Below, piece after piece: positions 63,452-64,000 of a DNA stretch of 64,000 bases. The first letter of the stretch is position 1; each line of letters begins with the position of its first letter. The translations under genes and the position numbers were made by a program. This DNA is from Candidatus Poribacteria bacterium (GTDB lineage Bacteria > Poribacteria > WGA-4E > WGA-3G). The DNA lies in NCBI GenBank assembly GCA_963665235.2, contig CAXXLX010000001.1, positions 160,001 through 224,000 of the forward strand, read 5' to 3'. The notes beneath the pieces were generated by a model that was not told the origin of the DNA, made no database searches, and saw only the letters and a list, made by a program, of their open reading frames with translations.

Positions 63452-64000
63452 ATGTTTAGAAATTTAAGCCCCGGTGCCATCGGCATTCGGGCAAATATGA
63501 AGGAAGGTTTAGCCTTAGCAAAAGATGCGGGTTTTGAAGGACTGGATCTTAATATCGGTGAAGCGGCGCAACTTGCACAAGAGCACTCTATCCAATACGT
63601 TAAGGATTTGTGGGCGGACGCTGGTATTGCGATGGGCGGTTGGGGATTTGGTGTCAATTGGCGCGGTTCGGATGCTGACTATTATGCGGGGTTATCCCAG
63701 CTGCCGGCGCGTGCGGAACTCGCGGCGGAACTGGGCTGCTATCGCACAACGACGGTTGTCGGTCCTGCGTCAAACGATATGACTTACCAGCAGAATTGGG
63801 ATTTTTCTGTCAAACGGCTCCGGTCTGTTGCGGAGATTTTGAAAGCACACGGACACGCCCTCGGACTTGAATTTATCGGTCCGGCGACGAGTCGAAAATC
63901 GGCTAAGCATCTCTTCGCTTATTCGATGGATGCAATGCTCGGGCTGGCCGCGGCAGTCGGCACCGGGAACGTCGGTTTGCTGTTTGATACCTGGCACTGG
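63452..64000 (+). CDS. Sugar phosphate isomerase/epimerase (TIM barrel), partial at the right edge
   Basis: MFRNLSPGAIGI...AGFEGLDL...LGLEFIGP...NVGLLFDTWHW. Confidence 0.8.
   Translation, partial: MFRNLSPGAIGIRANMKEGLALAKDAGFEGLDLNIGEAAQLAQEHSIQYVKDLWADAGIAMGGWGFGVNWRGSDADYYAGLSQLPARAELAAELGCYRTTTVVGPASNDMTYQQNWDFSVKRLRSVAEILKAHGHALGLEFIGPATSRKSAKHLFAYSMDAMLGLAAAVGTGNVGLLFDTWHW

Overview
Bacterial chromosomal window, about 48-50% GC. Gene content points to Candidatus Poribacteria or a relative: expanded Gfo/Idh/MocA and PhyH families, Uma2, secreted WD40/TPR/LamG/dockerin proteins and waaA. The taxon is inferred from gene content only. Housekeeping genes: pgi-like, NtrY/NtrX-like two-component pair, pilD, rpsU, groES-groEL behind a sigma54 promoter, waaA, trxA, and a Tat-exported molybdoenzyme operon. 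Accessory content: two copies of a tnpB-only IS200/IS605 element (one with a nonsense mutation), a tnpB-less omegaRNA-like element, a broken Rpn gene, a TPR/restriction-specificity-domain fusion, and intergenic DNA built from about 7 recurring short repeat modules. Best leads: (i) five secreted proteins with unrelated passenger domains end in the same V-x-P-x-x-K-L-x-x-T-W-G-x-L-K tail, a candidate protein-sorting signal; (ii) two gene groups carrying that tail share a conserved ~320-bp upstream leader with a G-U-compatible hairpin; (iii) a 25-bp insertion in one tnpB leader appears copied from DNA just outside the opposite end of the element. No rRNA, tRNA or CRISPR array was recognised.
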